Positions 11,601 through 20,813 of a stretch of 64,000 bases of DNA are shown here, one piece after another (position 1 is the first letter of the stretch; every line of letters begins with the position of its first letter). The DNA is from Myxococcales bacterium SG8_38. GTDB lineage: Bacteria; Myxococcota_A; Polyangia; Polyangiales; Houyiibacteriaceae. A program made the translations under genes and the position numbers. The stretch is from contig LJTN01000008.1 of assembly GCA_001303415.1 (NCBI GenBank), positions 4,695-68,694 of the forward strand. Direction: 5' to 3'. A model generated the notes under the pieces. That model was not told where the DNA came from, did not search any database, and worked only from the letters and a program-made list of their open reading frames with translations.

Positions 11601-11992
11601 GGGCAGCGGCGCAGCTGGCGCGGCGGCTGCGAGACCTCGGGTTCGAGATCATCGCGACGCAAGGGACCCGGGCGATTCTCGAGAGCGCAGGCGTGGAGGC
11701 CGAGCACGTGCACAAAGTCGGCGAGGGCCGGCCGCACATCGTCGACCGATTGCAGAACGACGAGATCGCGCTCGTGTTCAACACGACCGAGGGAGCGAAG
11801 GCCATCCGCGACAGCCGCTCGATGCGCCGGCAGACGGTGCTGAGCAGCGTGCCGTACTTCACGACCATTGCGGCTGCAGTGGCCACCGTCGACGCGATCG
11901 AAGCCCGGCGTCTGAGGCCGCCGTCCGTTTGCTCACTGCAGGAATACCACGCCCGCACCACGGGGCTGGAAACCCTTCGGCCGCCCGGCTAG
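8636..11992 (+). CDS. carB: Carbamoyl-phosphate synthase large subunit
   Basis: 1118 aa. N-terminus [23 protein letters not shown], a second duplicated ATP-grasp half ([23 protein letters not shown]) and an MGS-like C-terminal domain. No carA in the window. Confidence 0.98.
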   Translation: MPRRDDIESILLIGSGPIVIGQACEFDYSGTQGAKALKEEGYRVILVNSNPATIMTDPEFAHRTYVEPLTPEILEAIIAREKPNAVLPTLGGQTALNLTLQLADRGILEKHGVELIGAKVGAIRKAEERELFKAAMDKIGLHSAKAEVARTTEQANAIAERIGFPVILRPSLTLGGSGGGVAYNKTEFDSAIRWAFQCSPIHECLIEESLLGWKEYELEVIRDHADNFGVICTIENFDPMGVHTGDSITVAPAMTLTDREYQRLRDAARAIITEIGVDTGGSNIQFAVNPDDGRVIVIEMNPRVSRSSALASKATGYPIAKIAAKLAVGYRLDELRNDITGTSSAFEPTIDYVVTKIPRFAFEKFPGADPRLTTQMKSVGEAMAIGRTFKESLQKAARSLETGRDGLTSLLSKIDYRDLAAQVRRFVESGEAINTAKPMLADLPAPTEESLREAISDLIRTPLADRLWYIADGLRVGLTVEQIHDATDIDIWFLEQMRQIIAFEKTLRESAGRPLDVSVLRRAKEMGFSDRQIGALRGAPAQEIRAARASHGIEPVYSRVDTCAAEFPALTPYMYSTWGLQSEARESDQKKKVMILGGGPNRIGQGIEFDYCCVHASFALKEIGFETIMVNCNPETVSTDYDTSDKLYFEPLTFEDVMNIIEVEKPDGVIVQFGGQTPLKLAVPLSRAGVPILGTSADAIDRAEDRERFDELLNKLDLKRPCGGIAKGTKDAFAVAEHIGFPVVVRPSYVLGGRAMEIVHSHEELSRYMTVALEAVEDAETQTILVDEFLKDAIEVDVDCVSDGKDVVIGGLLQHIEEAGIHSGDSSMALPAHALPPDVLAALRASTRALALELGVVGLMNVQFAVRGGTPYVIEVNPRASRTIPFISKSIGAPLAKIAAKVMAGKTLRELGYTREVVTDHIAVKESVFPFTKFPGVDTILTPEMRSTGEVMGIADNFPDAFYKALLAAHSDLPDGGKVFISVKESDKRAAAQLARRLRDLGFEIIATQGTRAILESAGVEAEHVHKVGEGRPHIVDRLQNDEIALVFNTTEGAKAIRDSRSMRRQTVLSSVPYFTTIAAAVATVDAIEARRLRPPSVCSLQEYHARTTGLETLRPPG

Positions 11993-12035
11993 CTTCGGGT
12001 TGCCTCGCCCGCGGGCACGGTTTAACAAGCCTCGG

Positions 12036-12506
12036 ATGGAACGGGTACCCATGACACCCGAGGGTCATGCTGCCCTCGCCGCGGAGCTCGCCGCGTTGAA
12101 GGCCGAGAGGCCCAAGATCTCGCAGGAGATAGGCATTGCGCGCGAGCATGGCGACCTCAAGGAAAACGCCGAGTACCACGCCGCAAGGGAAAAGCAGGGC
12201 TTGTGCGAGGCGCGCATCGCCGAGATTGAAGACAGGCTTGCCCGCGCGGACGTAATCGACCCCGCCACCCTCGGAGGCACCAGGGTGAAGTTTGGCGCAT
12301 TCGTCGAGTTGGAAGACATGGATACCGGGAAGGTCGTGACGTACCGCCTGGTCGGACCCGACGAGTCCGATCTCAAGGAGGGGAAGATCTCGATTACCTC
12401 CCCTGTCGCACGGGCGCTGGTGGGCAAAGAAGTCGGCGACGAAGTGCAAGTTGAGACTCCTGGCGGCGTTCGCAACTACGAGGTCAGCGACGTTCGCTGG
12501 AGCTGA
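12036..12506 (+). CDS. greA: Transcription elongation factor GreA
   Basis: [18 protein letters not shown]... plus [18 protein letters not shown] match GreA. ATG at 12036 is preferred over the TTG at 12000 used by the track. Confidence 0.94.
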   Translation: MERVPMTPEGHAALAAELAALKAERPKISQEIGIAREHGDLKENAEYHAAREKQGLCEARIAEIEDRLARADVIDPATLGGTRVKFGAFVELEDMDTGKVVTYRLVGPDESDLKEGKISITSPVARALVGKEVGDEVQVETPGGVRNYEVSDVRWS

Positions 12507-12537
12507 AGGCGGGTGGAACCCAGGCGGGCAATCGCCG

Positions 12538-14625
12538 ATGCCTTCGCTGCTCGATCACCCCGTGGAGTCCTTGCCAGGCATCGGGCCGGCAACGGGCGCC
12601 CAGCTTCGCCGCCGCGGCTATGAGTCGGTAGGTGATCTCCTCTGGCTGCTTCCTCGGGGTTACGACGACCAACGCCGTGCGACGCCGATTCACGCGCTTC
12701 GCGACGGTGACTACGCCGTGATCGAAGGTCTGGTCGGAAGCGTCCGATCGTTTCCGCGAAGTAGGCGCATCGCCTTCGAGGCCCGCCTCAGCCCTTTTTC
12801 GGCTGCTCCGAGTCGCACGGGGTACCGCGAGGTCAAGCTTGTTTGGTTTCGGGCCATTCCAGGGCTTTCACGCCGCTTTATGGAGGGCATGAGAGTGCGC
12901 GTCGCGGGGCGAGTTCACGACTATCACGGCGTGGCGACCGTCGCGCATCCCGAGGTGCTTTCCGAAGCTGCCGGCTCCATCGAGCCACGCTATCCGGAGG
13001 TTCCGGGGGTGCCTCGCAAAGTCCTGCGCCGTGCAGTGCGCGCTGCCGTCGACCGCGCCGTCGAGGAGGTGTCCGATCTGGTTCCGCCGGCCCTTCGTGT
13101 AGCGACCGAGGTGGGGACTGTCGGCGATGCGCTTCGGGCGATCCACGTGCCCGACCCCGTCGCGTTCGACGCCGACCCCGGCTGGGCGTCGGCCGCGCAT
13201 CGCAGGCTCGCCCTCGAGGAGCTCGTGCTTTGGGAGCTGGCCTTGCGGTCCCGGCGCGCGTCCGAGCAGGGCGAAACCGCAATGGCCTTCGGCATCGAGC
13301 CGGCGGTTCCGTCCGCGTGCCGTGCCTTTCCATTCGAGCTCACTGCCGCGCAGAGAAATGCCGTGGAGGAAATCGGTTCGGCGCTCAGCAGGGAGACTCC
13401 GATGCGTCGCCTGCTGCAGGGCGACGTCGGCTGCGGCAAGACGGCGGTGGCGCTGGTGGCCTGCGCACAGGTCGCCGCTGGGGGCGCTCAGACGGCCTTC
13501 TTGGCGCCTACCGAGCTTCTCGCGGACCAGCATGCCGAGACAGTGCTGCCGACGGCCGACCGGCTCGGCCTGCGAATGGCCGTGCTGACCGGCGCCCTCA
13601 CCAAGGATCAACGCCGCTCGGTTCTCGACCGGCTGGCCACGGGAGCCCTGGACCTGGTCGTAGGGACGCACGCCCTATTGAGCGGCGATGTCCGGTTCGC
13701 AAATCTGGGTCTGGTGATCGTGGACGAGCAGCACCGATTCGGGGTCGCACAGCGTCTTCGTCTCGGCGCGCGCGGGCCCGGCCGTCGCCCCCATCTGCTG
13801 GTCATGACCGCGACTCCGATTCCGCGCAGCTTGGCGCTGGTCCTCTACGCGGGGCTCGAGCTCACCACGATCGACAGCAAGCCTCCGGGCCGCATCCCGT
13901 GCACGACGAAGATGACTCCACGCAGCAATCGAGCGAGCGTGTTGCGCCAGATCGAGCGTGCAATCGAAGCCGATGGCGGCGCCTTCGTGGTCTGTCCTGC
14001 CATCGCTTCGTCCGACGAGTTGGTGGGCGTCGACCAAACGCTCGAGGAGATGAAGAAGCATTTTGGCGACGCACGGGTGGGGGAAGTGCACGGCAGATTG
14101 CCGGGCGACGCGCGCCGCGCATCGATGCGTGCGTTTGCCGACGGCGAGATCGACGTGCTCGTCGGCACCACCGTCCTCGAGGTGGGAGTCGACGTGCCAC
14201 GCGCGAACATCATGGTCATAGAGCAAGCCGAGCGCTTCGGCTTGGCTCAGCTACATCAGCTTCGGGGCCGGGTGGGTCGAGCCGGGCAGCGTAGCGCGTG
14301 CATCCTCACCTTCGGTCGACCGCTGTCCGAAGAGGGCGAAGCGCGGCTTCGGGCGCTCTGCGAAACCGACGATGGCTTTCGTCTCGCCGAGCGCGATCTC
14401 GAGATCCGGGGCCCCGGTCATCTTTTCGGCTACCGGCAGTCCGGGGCCAGCGGCCTGCAGTTTGCAGACCTCGCCCGCGATCGAGCGCTGCTCGACCGGG
14501 CTGGCGAGCTCGCCGATCGCATGATCGCTGCCGACCCCGATTTGTTGGCTTCAGAGCACGGGCCGGCCCGCGCCGCGGTGGAGCGGTGGGAGCGCGCAGC
14601 GGCGGTCCGCGAAGACGCGGGCTAG
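12538..14625 (+). CDS. recG: ATP-dependent DNA helicase RecG
   Basis: Helicase motif I GDVGCGKT, motif II VDEQHRFG, and the C-terminal QLHQLRGRVGR motif. The internal ATG at 12538 is chosen because the track ORF start (12451) overlaps greA. Confidence 0.92.
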   Translation: MPSLLDHPVESLPGIGPATGAQLRRRGYESVGDLLWLLPRGYDDQRRATPIHALRDGDYAVIEGLVGSVRSFPRSRRIAFEARLSPFSAAPSRTGYREVKLVWFRAIPGLSRRFMEGMRVRVAGRVHDYHGVATVAHPEVLSEAAGSIEPRYPEVPGVPRKVLRRAVRAAVDRAVEEVSDLVPPALRVATEVGTVGDALRAIHVPDPVAFDADPGWASAAHRRLALEELVLWELALRSRRASEQGETAMAFGIEPAVPSACRAFPFELTAAQRNAVEEIGSALSRETPMRRLLQGDVGCGKTAVALVACAQVAAGGAQTAFLAPTELLADQHAETVLPTADRLGLRMAVLTGALTKDQRRSVLDRLATGALDLVVGTHALLSGDVRFANLGLVIVDEQHRFGVAQRLRLGARGPGRRPHLLVMTATPIPRSLALVLYAGLELTTIDSKPPGRIPCTTKMTPRSNRASVLRQIERAIEADGGAFVVCPAIASSDELVGVDQTLEEMKKHFGDARVGEVHGRLPGDARRASMRAFADGEIDVLVGTTVLEVGVDVPRANIMVIEQAERFGLAQLHQLRGRVGRAGQRSACILTFGRPLSEEGEARLRALCETDDGFRLAERDLEIRGPGHLFGYRQSGASGLQFADLARDRALLDRAGELADRMIAADPDLLASEHGPARAAVERWERAAAVREDAG

Positions 14626-14685
14626 GCCGGAGGGCGGCTTTGTCAGCTTCTTGACGCTCTTGCGGGAGCCAGGTACTTGCTGATC

Positions 14686-15417
14686 ATGCCCTTGGTGCAT
14701 CACGCGCAGCGCGAGGTCACGTTCAAGATCGTCTATTACGGCGTTGGCCTGGGGGGCAAGACCACCAACCTGGAGGCTTTGCACACCCACACCCGTCCCG
14801 AGCTTCGCGGCAAGCTCGTCTCGGTCAATACCGAAGCGGAGCGCACACTTTTCTTGGATTTCCTCCCGCTCGATCTCGGCACGTTTCGAGGATACAAGAT
14901 TCGTCTGCATCTGGTTTCGGTCCCCGGACAAATCGCGCAGGACTCCACGCGCCAACTGGTGCTCCGCAACGTGGACGGCATCGTGCTGGTCGTCGACAGC
15001 CAGGCCGATGCCATCGAAGGCAACAACTACAGCATCCGGAACCTCGACTACAACCTCAGGCTCCACGGCGTGGACGCAGATCGCATCCCGCTGGTCATCC
15101 AATACAACAAACGAGACCTTCCCGGCATTCTCGATGTGGAAGAGCTCGGCAACCGGCTCGGCGTTCCCGAAGGAGTTCCCGAGCTCGTCGCCTCGGCGCG
15201 GCAAGGCTGGGGCGTTTTCGAGACCGTCAAGTCGGTGGTCCGGCTGTGCATGCACCAGTTGGGCGATCCCAGCGAGCATCGCGAAGGCCGAGTCGGGTGT
15301 CTTCTGCCAGAGCCGCGCGATCGCTTCCGTCCGAGCGGTCCCGTGTCGATGATCCACGCGTTGGTGCCGGAGCAAGAGCTCGATCTGGAAGATCTCGAGA
15401 TCGTGCACGGCGGTTGA
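14686..15417 (+). CDS. MglA-family Ras-like small GTPase paralog with a C-terminal extension
   Basis: Collinear with Myxococcus MglA. P-loop KIVYYGVGLGGKTTN, Arg-finger context ERTLFLDFLP, catalytic VPGQ, and IQYNKRDL. About 50 extra C-terminal residues are absent from MglA. ATG 14686 reproduces the MglA N-terminal length. TTG 14677, preceded by GGGAG, is an alternative start. Confidence 0.85.
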   Translation: MPLVHHAQREVTFKIVYYGVGLGGKTTNLEALHTHTRPELRGKLVSVNTEAERTLFLDFLPLDLGTFRGYKIRLHLVSVPGQIAQDSTRQLVLRNVDGIVLVVDSQADAIEGNNYSIRNLDYNLRLHGVDADRIPLVIQYNKRDLPGILDVEELGNRLGVPEGVPELVASARQGWGVFETVKSVVRLCMHQLGDPSEHREGRVGCLLPEPRDRFRPSGPVSMIHALVPEQELDLEDLEIVHGG

Positions 15418-15421
15418 GGTC

Positions 15422-16294
15422 ATGAAGGCCTCCGGCAGCGAAGCGGTATCGCGTCGCGTCCAGTTGGTCGCACCGACGATCCAGATGCTGCCGGTGCGGA
15501 CGCCGACGCTGCCCCCTGCAACGCATACCAACACCTTCTTGGTGGGCACGGGCGAGGCCGTTTTGGTGGAGCCCGCCACCCCTTATCGCGAGGAACAGGA
15601 CGCGATGGCCGACTGGGTTCAGGGAGCGCGCCTGCGGGGCGTAGAGCCCATCGCGATTCTGGCGACGCACCATCACCCCGATCACGTCGGCGGGGCGATG
15701 GCGCTTCGAGAGCGGCTTCAGCTCCCACTGTGGGCACATGCCATGACCGCGCATCGACTCGACGGAATCGTCGAGGTGGATCGGTTGATCCAAGATGGTG
15801 AGCGAATCGAGCTCGAAGGGCCGACCCCGACCTCGCTCACTGCCGTGCACACGCCGGGGCATGCGCCAGGGCACCTGTGCTTCATCGACGAGGCCAGCGG
15901 CATGATGATCGCAGGGGACATGGTCGCTTCGGTCGGAACTATCATCGTCGAGCCGACCGACGGCGACATGCTCCTCTACCTGGAGTCGCTGCGAACGATG
16001 TCGAGCCTCGAGCCGACGGCGCTCTTGCCCGCGCATGGCGACGTCATTCGCGATCCGCAGGCGATCTTGAGCTTCTACATTGAGCATCGCATGATGCGAG
16101 AAGGCAAGGTGCTGGAGGCGCTCCGAGCCAGAGGCGTCCCGTCTAGGCCCCGGCATCTGGTTGCAAGCGCCTACGACGATACGCCCAAGGCTCTTTGGCC
16201 CTTGGCCCTGGGCTCGATCGAGGCCCACCTCATCAAGCTCGAGCGAGAAGGGCGCATTTCCAAACAAGGCGACCGCTGGGCTCCGCTGGTCTAG
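15422..16294 (+). CDS. MBL-fold metallo-hydrolase
   Basis: 290 aa. Metallo-beta-lactamase motif ATHHHPDHVGG and downstream His/Asp ligands (TPGHAPGH). Starts 4 nt after the GTPase stop. Confidence 0.85.
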   Translation: MKASGSEAVSRRVQLVAPTIQMLPVRTPTLPPATHTNTFLVGTGEAVLVEPATPYREEQDAMADWVQGARLRGVEPIAILATHHHPDHVGGAMALRERLQLPLWAHAMTAHRLDGIVEVDRLIQDGERIELEGPTPTSLTAVHTPGHAPGHLCFIDEASGMMIAGDMVASVGTIIVEPTDGDMLLYLESLRTMSSLEPTALLPAHGDVIRDPQAILSFYIEHRMMREGKVLEALRARGVPSRPRHLVASAYDDTPKALWPLALGSIEAHLIKLEREGRISKQGDRWAPLV

Positions 16295-16328
16295 CCACCC
16301 TCCGCACCGGCATGGCCGGCACGCGCGC

Positions 16329-18416
16329 TCATCGGCGCACCGACTCGGGCAAGCGCACGAATACGCCGCTCGAAGTCTCTTTGGGCCTCACCGTCACCGA
16401 TTCCAGGCTCGAGCCTTCTCCTCCCTCCGGATGCCGAGCGGTCAGCCAAACGTACCCGGCGGGTACGCCTCGAAGCTGGAACTTGCCGCGCGCATCGGTG
16501 AGCGCGGCGCGGTGCCACCGCGGAGGCTCGCCCCACGCAACCTCGGCGCTCGCGACGGGTTGGTTGTACGCATCGAGTATCTCGCCCACGATGGTGCCGC
16601 CGGGCTCGAGGCGGATCGTTTCCAGGGTTTGTGGCCGATCGACGTAGCGCGGGGGCTCGATGACGACGCGGCGCGCCTGGGCTTCATACTCGGGGTGCGC
16701 AAACGAGACCTCGTAGGTGCCGGTGGGCACCTGGTCGAAGACGAAAGTGCCGTCGGGCCGCGTCTTCGTATCGGCGTGGACGGGGCCCTCGAGCGATATG
16801 CGCACGTTCTGCAATCCCTCGCTGGTCCAGTCATCGAGGACGCGACCGAGGAACGTGATCCCAGCCGACATCACCACCTGGACGTCGTCGATACGATCGA
16901 TCTCAGCGAGGCGTGCCGGGCTGAAGGTCGGGTGCTCGGCCCTGAGCGTGAACGGCGGCTCGGGCAGCGCGGCCACCGAAAACGTGCCGTCGGCGTCGGA
17001 CTTCGTGCTTCGACGAACCGGGGTTTGCGGGTTGTTGGAAGATACGGTCACCAGCGCACCACCCACCCCAAAGCCGGCCTCGTCTACGACACGTCCTCGT
17101 AGGGTGTAGAGCGTGCTCCCGAGCGGCAGCTCGACGGTGACGAGGCCTTCGTCATCGATGGTGAGCGTCTCGCGGACCGGGAGCAGCTCGTAGGGACGGG
17201 CGGTCAAGCTCACTTGGCCGCGAACGCCGCGGAACGAAAACGAGCCCCCGGAGGACGTGATGGACGTTCGCGCGAAGCGCTCGCCTTCGGCGCGCAGCTC
17301 CACTGGGATTCCTTCGAGCCCACGACCCCGTTCATCGACGACGCGTCCGGCGACCTCGGCGCCCCGCCTCATCGTGATCTCGACGCCCGGGACCATCGCG
17401 CCAGGGCCGACGCGAACGAGCGCGGACTCGGCGGGCGCGTAGTCGTCGTGGTTGGCCGCGATCGTATAAGAGCCGGCGGGCAGGTTGGAGATCGAGAAGC
17501 TTCCATCGCTTCGCACCGTCACACGCGCGGCCATCGCTCGCGCCCCGGCACCTGCGGCGGAGATGGGCGGTACGGGTCCGAGGGTGACGCCCAGCGAATC
17601 GGCGCCGACCGTCGCAGCCGCGGTCTGGGGCCTCTGCTCGTCGCTGAACGCGGAGACCCACGCCCCGTCGATGGGCCCGCCCCGTTCGTCGACGACGCGC
17701 CCTTCGATCGTCGCCGCGGGATCGAGCTCTACCGTGACGGGAGAGTCCTGCTCTGCGTATCGCAGCGGGCCTGCCGAGACGTAGCGCTCCGCTTCGACGT
17801 ACAAGCTGTGCCCATCCTGCACGATGCCTGAAAGCTCGAATCCGCCGCGGTCGTCGGTTTCGACTCGCCTGGTATGGAGGCCGAGCAGGCCCGCCACGAG
17901 AGTGACCCTGGCATGCCGGACGGGCCGGCCGTCGAGTCGGTCGATGACGCGTCCAGCCAGCGTCCAGCCCCGCGCGAGACGCAAGGCGAACGTGCGCTGG
18001 GTCCCTGGATCGAGGATCAGTCCCTGGAGCGCGGGGGCCACCCACTGACCCTTGGAGGCGCGGAGCTCGTAGATCCCCGAAGGGATGTCCGGCCAGTGAA
18101 AGCGCCCCTCCGCGTCGGTTTGCACGGCGCGGGCCGGCCAGAATCCGCTCCCGGCAAGTGAGATCGTCGCGCCTTGCACCGGACGGCCCCGCTCGTCGTA
18201 GACGCGGCCGTCCAGCGTGGCGCGTCCGGCGTCAGACCCGTCGGCGACCGGAGCGCTCGGGCCGAGGGCCACGAAATCCCCTGAGCCCATCTCCCGCTTT
18301 GGGCTATAGGTCCCTGGAATTACGAAAGTAACCAGAATCAACGATCCCGAGATTGCGCCCGCCGCCCGCATTCCGATTGGTTGTATCTTCGATCCGCTGC
18401 CGGTGCGAGGCAGCAT
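16329..18416 (-). CDS. Membrane-anchored protein with seven carboxypeptidase-regulatory-like (CarboxypepD_reg) repeats
   Basis: 695 aa. N-terminal hydrophobic anchor (ISGSLILVTFVIPG), then seven roughly 80-aa repeats beginning GRV(V/I/L)DE.G.P..GA.V and containing D..G.F...(L/V)P.G.Y. Alternative ATG at 18371. Confidence 0.75.
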   Translation of the reverse strand: MLPRTGSGSKIQPIGMRAAGAISGSLILVTFVIPGTYSPKREMGSGDFVALGPSAPVADGSDAGRATLDGRVYDERGRPVQGATISLAGSGFWPARAVQTDAEGRFHWPDIPSGIYELRASKGQWVAPALQGLILDPGTQRTFALRLARGWTLAGRVIDRLDGRPVRHARVTLVAGLLGLHTRRVETDDRGGFELSGIVQDGHSLYVEAERYVSAGPLRYAEQDSPVTVELDPAATIEGRVVDERGGPIDGAWVSAFSDEQRPQTAAATVGADSLGVTLGPVPPISAAGAGARAMAARVTVRSDGSFSISNLPAGSYTIAANHDDYAPAESALVRVGPGAMVPGVEITMRRGAEVAGRVVDERGRGLEGIPVELRAEGERFARTSITSSGGSFSFRGVRGQVSLTARPYELLPVRETLTIDDEGLVTVELPLGSTLYTLRGRVVDEAGFGVGGALVTVSSNNPQTPVRRSTKSDADGTFSVAALPEPPFTLRAEHPTFSPARLAEIDRIDDVQVVMSAGITFLGRVLDDWTSEGLQNVRISLEGPVHADTKTRPDGTFVFDQVPTGTYEVSFAHPEYEAQARRVVIEPPRYVDRPQTLETIRLEPGGTIVGEILDAYNQPVASAEVAWGEPPRWHRAALTDARGKFQLRGVPAGYVWLTARHPEGGEGSSLESVTVRPKETSSGVFVRLPESVRR

Positions 18417-18476
18417 TGTTGCGGCAACCTCGGGCCGGTGCTACATCGCGCGTCCCGAAAGAGACCGGACCCGGCC

Positions 18477-18668
18477 ATGGCACAGACATGTGATTTCTGC
18501 GGCAAGAACCGCCACAAAGCCCACAAGGTGAGCCACTCCAACATCAAGACTAGGAAGTGGCAGCAGCCGAACCTGCAGTCGATTCGGGCCGTCGTGGACG
18601 GTCGCGTCCAGCGGGTCACCGCCTGCACGCGCTGCATTCGCTCGGGTAAGGTTGTCAAGGCCGCGTAG
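18477..18668 (+). CDS. rpmB: 50S ribosomal protein L28 (Cys-containing, zinc-ribbon type)
   Basis: 63 aa, MAQTCDFCGKNRHKAHKVSHSNIKTRKWQQPNLQ... with CxxC...CxxC. The ATG at 18477 lies inside the longer track ORF. Confidence 0.94.
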   Translation: MAQTCDFCGKNRHKAHKVSHSNIKTRKWQQPNLQSIRAVVDGRVQRVTACTRCIRSGKVVKAA

Positions 18669-19677
18669 ACGTCCCGAGGCGCGGGTTCCTCCCGGTTGCG
18701 ACCCGGCTTCGATCATCCTGACCTTCCCCGTCGCTCCCGAGCATGCGGGCCAACGCCTGGACCGCTTCATCCAGCACCGGATCCCGCGGCTCTCGCGCAC
18801 CAGGGCCCAAGAAGTCGTGCGCGCTTGCGCCTACCGTCCGGACGGCACCCGGAGACGCGCCAGCGACCGGGTGCGGGCGGGCGAGACCGTCTTGCTGGTG
18901 AGGCCTCCCTTCGAGGAGCCGAACGTCCCGCTGTACTTCGACGTGATCTACCAGGACGACGAGATCGTCGCGATCAACAAGCCTGCCGGCCTCCCGGTTC
19001 ATCCTTCGGCGACCTATCACAAGAATACGCTGACCTTCTTGCTGCGGGAGCGCTTCGGCGAAGGCGCTCCCCAGATCGCGCACCGGCTCGACCGAGAGAC
19101 GAGCGGGCTGTTGCTCTGCGGCCGCACCCACGCCGCAGAGCGCGCTCTCAAGCTCGACTTCGAGAATCGTCGCGTCAGCAAACGCTACCTCGCCATCGTG
19201 CGCGGCGTGATGCCCGAGGACCACGGACGCATCGAGCTTCCGATGGACCGGGCCAAGGAGGGGCTGCACCTGCTGATGGAGGTGTCGCCCGAGGGAGAGG
19301 GCTACCCTGCGGTCACGCGCTATCGGGTGGTCGCGCGCCGCGAGGACGCGACGCTGGTGGCGCTTGCGCCCCAAAGCGGACGGCAGCATCAACTCCGCGT
19401 GCACCTGAGCGCCCTAGGCTTCCCCATCATCGGCGACAAGCTCTATGGACCCGAAGGGTCCCAGCCGTTTCTCGACTACATCGAAACGGGAATGACCGAC
19501 GGGCTCCGGCGTCGCCTCGGCCACCACCGACACGCCTTGCACGCGTACGAGATCGCATTCCATCACCCCGCAGGGGGTGAGATCATGATCTTGCGCGCCC
19601 CGCTTTCAGAGGATCTGGTGGAGCTCTGGGGCGGCGTCTTGGACGAAGGGGAGCTTGCGGCCCGCGCCGCATGCTAG
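18652..19677 (+). CDS. RluA-family (RluD/RluC-like) pseudouridine synthase
   Basis: Catalytic motif HRLDRETSGLLL, S4-like N-terminal segment, and C-terminal GRQHQLRVH. The start is uncertain: the track start is a TTG that overlaps the rpmB 3' end. Confidence 0.88.
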   Translation: MSRPRRRPEARVPPGCDPASIILTFPVAPEHAGQRLDRFIQHRIPRLSRTRAQEVVRACAYRPDGTRRRASDRVRAGETVLLVRPPFEEPNVPLYFDVIYQDDEIVAINKPAGLPVHPSATYHKNTLTFLLRERFGEGAPQIAHRLDRETSGLLLCGRTHAAERALKLDFENRRVSKRYLAIVRGVMPEDHGRIELPMDRAKEGLHLLMEVSPEGEGYPAVTRYRVVARREDATLVALAPQSGRQHQLRVHLSALGFPIIGDKLYGPEGSQPFLDYIETGMTDGLRRRLGHHRHALHAYEIAFHHPAGGEIMILRAPLSEDLVELWGGVLDEGELAARAAC

Positions 19678-19686
19678 GGTCACCTC

Positions 19687-20232
19687 GTGCGCGTGCTGTT
19701 GGCAGTCATCGCCTGCGTTGCAATTGGATGCGCCGGCAGATCCTCGAATGCTCCCGCCAGCGAATTCCGAGCATCGGATGCCGCGCTCTTCGACGACGCC
19801 GTCGATCTGGTGGAGAGTCCCGTCATCATCGACGATGCCAAAGGTGCGTTCGAGCATCGCGTGGGAAGGGCGGATCTCATCGCGGTGATTCGCGTCGAGT
19901 CGTTGAGCTCGGATCTCGTGCGCCGGCGGTCCGCCTATCGACTCGCCGTGCGGATCGATGAGCGGCTCAAAGGCGGCCATGCCGGAGATCTCGTCCTGCG
20001 AGTCGAAGACCAACAGCCCGGATACCGCACGGTGCAGTTGAACGAGGACCGGCTGCTACGAGATCCGTTCATCGCGTTCGTCAAATGGGAGCCTAGAACC
20101 GGGTCTTTGGAGGCACCGGTGAGTCATTGGCACTTGTCGCCCGCGTCGCAAGCGGCTCGCGAGCAGGTGCAGCGACTCTTGCGCGAGCCGGTGCGGAATG
20201 CCCGCACGGAGGCCCCAACGGGCGAGCGTTGA
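19687..20232 (+). CDS. Hypothetical lipoprotein
   Basis: 181 aa. GTG start. Signal plus lipobox-like MRVLLAVIACVAIGCAG. No recognisable catalytic motif. Confidence 0.55.
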   Translation: MRVLLAVIACVAIGCAGRSSNAPASEFRASDAALFDDAVDLVESPVIIDDAKGAFEHRVGRADLIAVIRVESLSSDLVRRRSAYRLAVRIDERLKGGHAGDLVLRVEDQQPGYRTVQLNEDRLLRDPFIAFVKWEPRTGSLEAPVSHWHLSPASQAAREQVQRLLREPVRNARTEAPTGER

Positions 20233-20288
20233 CCCACCGTTCGACGCGGCCGCGGTTCGCGTCGTAGACTACCCGAGGAGTGATAGAG

Positions 20289-20810
20289 ATGCGTATTGCA
20301 GCTTTGGCCTTTTCTTGTGTGTCTGTTGCCTTTTTGGGGTGCGAGCGCGGCGCTCCCGCGCCCGCGCAACATCATGCCGAGCACGCGGCACACGACCACC
20401 ACGCCGCCAGCTCGCCGGCTGCCGACGAAAAGAGCGAAGTGCCTGCCGGGCCGAGAATCGAGACAGGGATGTTCTTGCTCTCCGTGGCTCCCGCGCAGCC
20501 GGAGTACCGTGTCGGAAAGCCCGGTGAGGTCGAGCTCGCGCTCGAGGGCCGAGGCGAATGGCACGTCAATCAGGAATACCCCATCCGCGTCGACCTGAGC
20601 GCAGGGCCTGCTCTGAAGCTCGAGAAGCAGAAGCTGGTCAAAGACGACGCAAAGGAGTTCGGCGAAGAGAAGGTGCGTTTCGTGGCTGCGCTCGAGCCCT
20701 CCGCGGCGGGAGAGCACGAAGTGCGCTGTGACGTTTCTTTTGCCATGTGCACCGACGAAAACTGTATTCTCGAGAAGCGGACGGTCACCATGCAGGTCGA
20801 GGTGGAGTAA
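20289..20810 (+). CDS. Lipoprotein with a His-rich linker and a DsbD-N-terminal-like beta-sandwich domain (tentative)
   Basis: ATG at 20289 lies 8 nt after GAGGAG. Lipobox VAFLGC. His-rich stretch HHAEHAAHDHH. The C-terminal FAMCTDENCIL resembles the Cys-x3/4-Cys end of DsbD-alpha / DsbC-N type domains. Confidence 0.55.
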   Translation: MRIAALAFSCVSVAFLGCERGAPAPAQHHAEHAAHDHHAASSPAADEKSEVPAGPRIETGMFLLSVAPAQPEYRVGKPGEVELALEGRGEWHVNQEYPIRVDLSAGPALKLEKQKLVKDDAKEFGEEKVRFVAALEPSAAGEHEVRCDVSFAMCTDENCILEKRTVTMQVEVE

Positions 20811-20813
20811 CCG

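Noticed and set aside
12843-14294. 483-aa off-frame ORF and several antisense ORFs within recG
   Set aside because: The translation is dominated by Arg/Gly/Ala runs, and recG motifs are intact in the other frame.
14651-14679. TTGACG-N17-TACTTG upstream of the MglA-like gene as a leaderless-type promoter
   Set aside because: The -10 candidate is weak (no terminal T). A TTG at 14677 preceded by GGGAG offers an ordinary SD-led alternative. The evidence is too ambiguous to report.
14551-15579. 342-aa ORF antisense to the MglA-like and MBL genes
   Set aside because: It overlaps two motif-rich sense genes and spans their junction. No motifs of its own.
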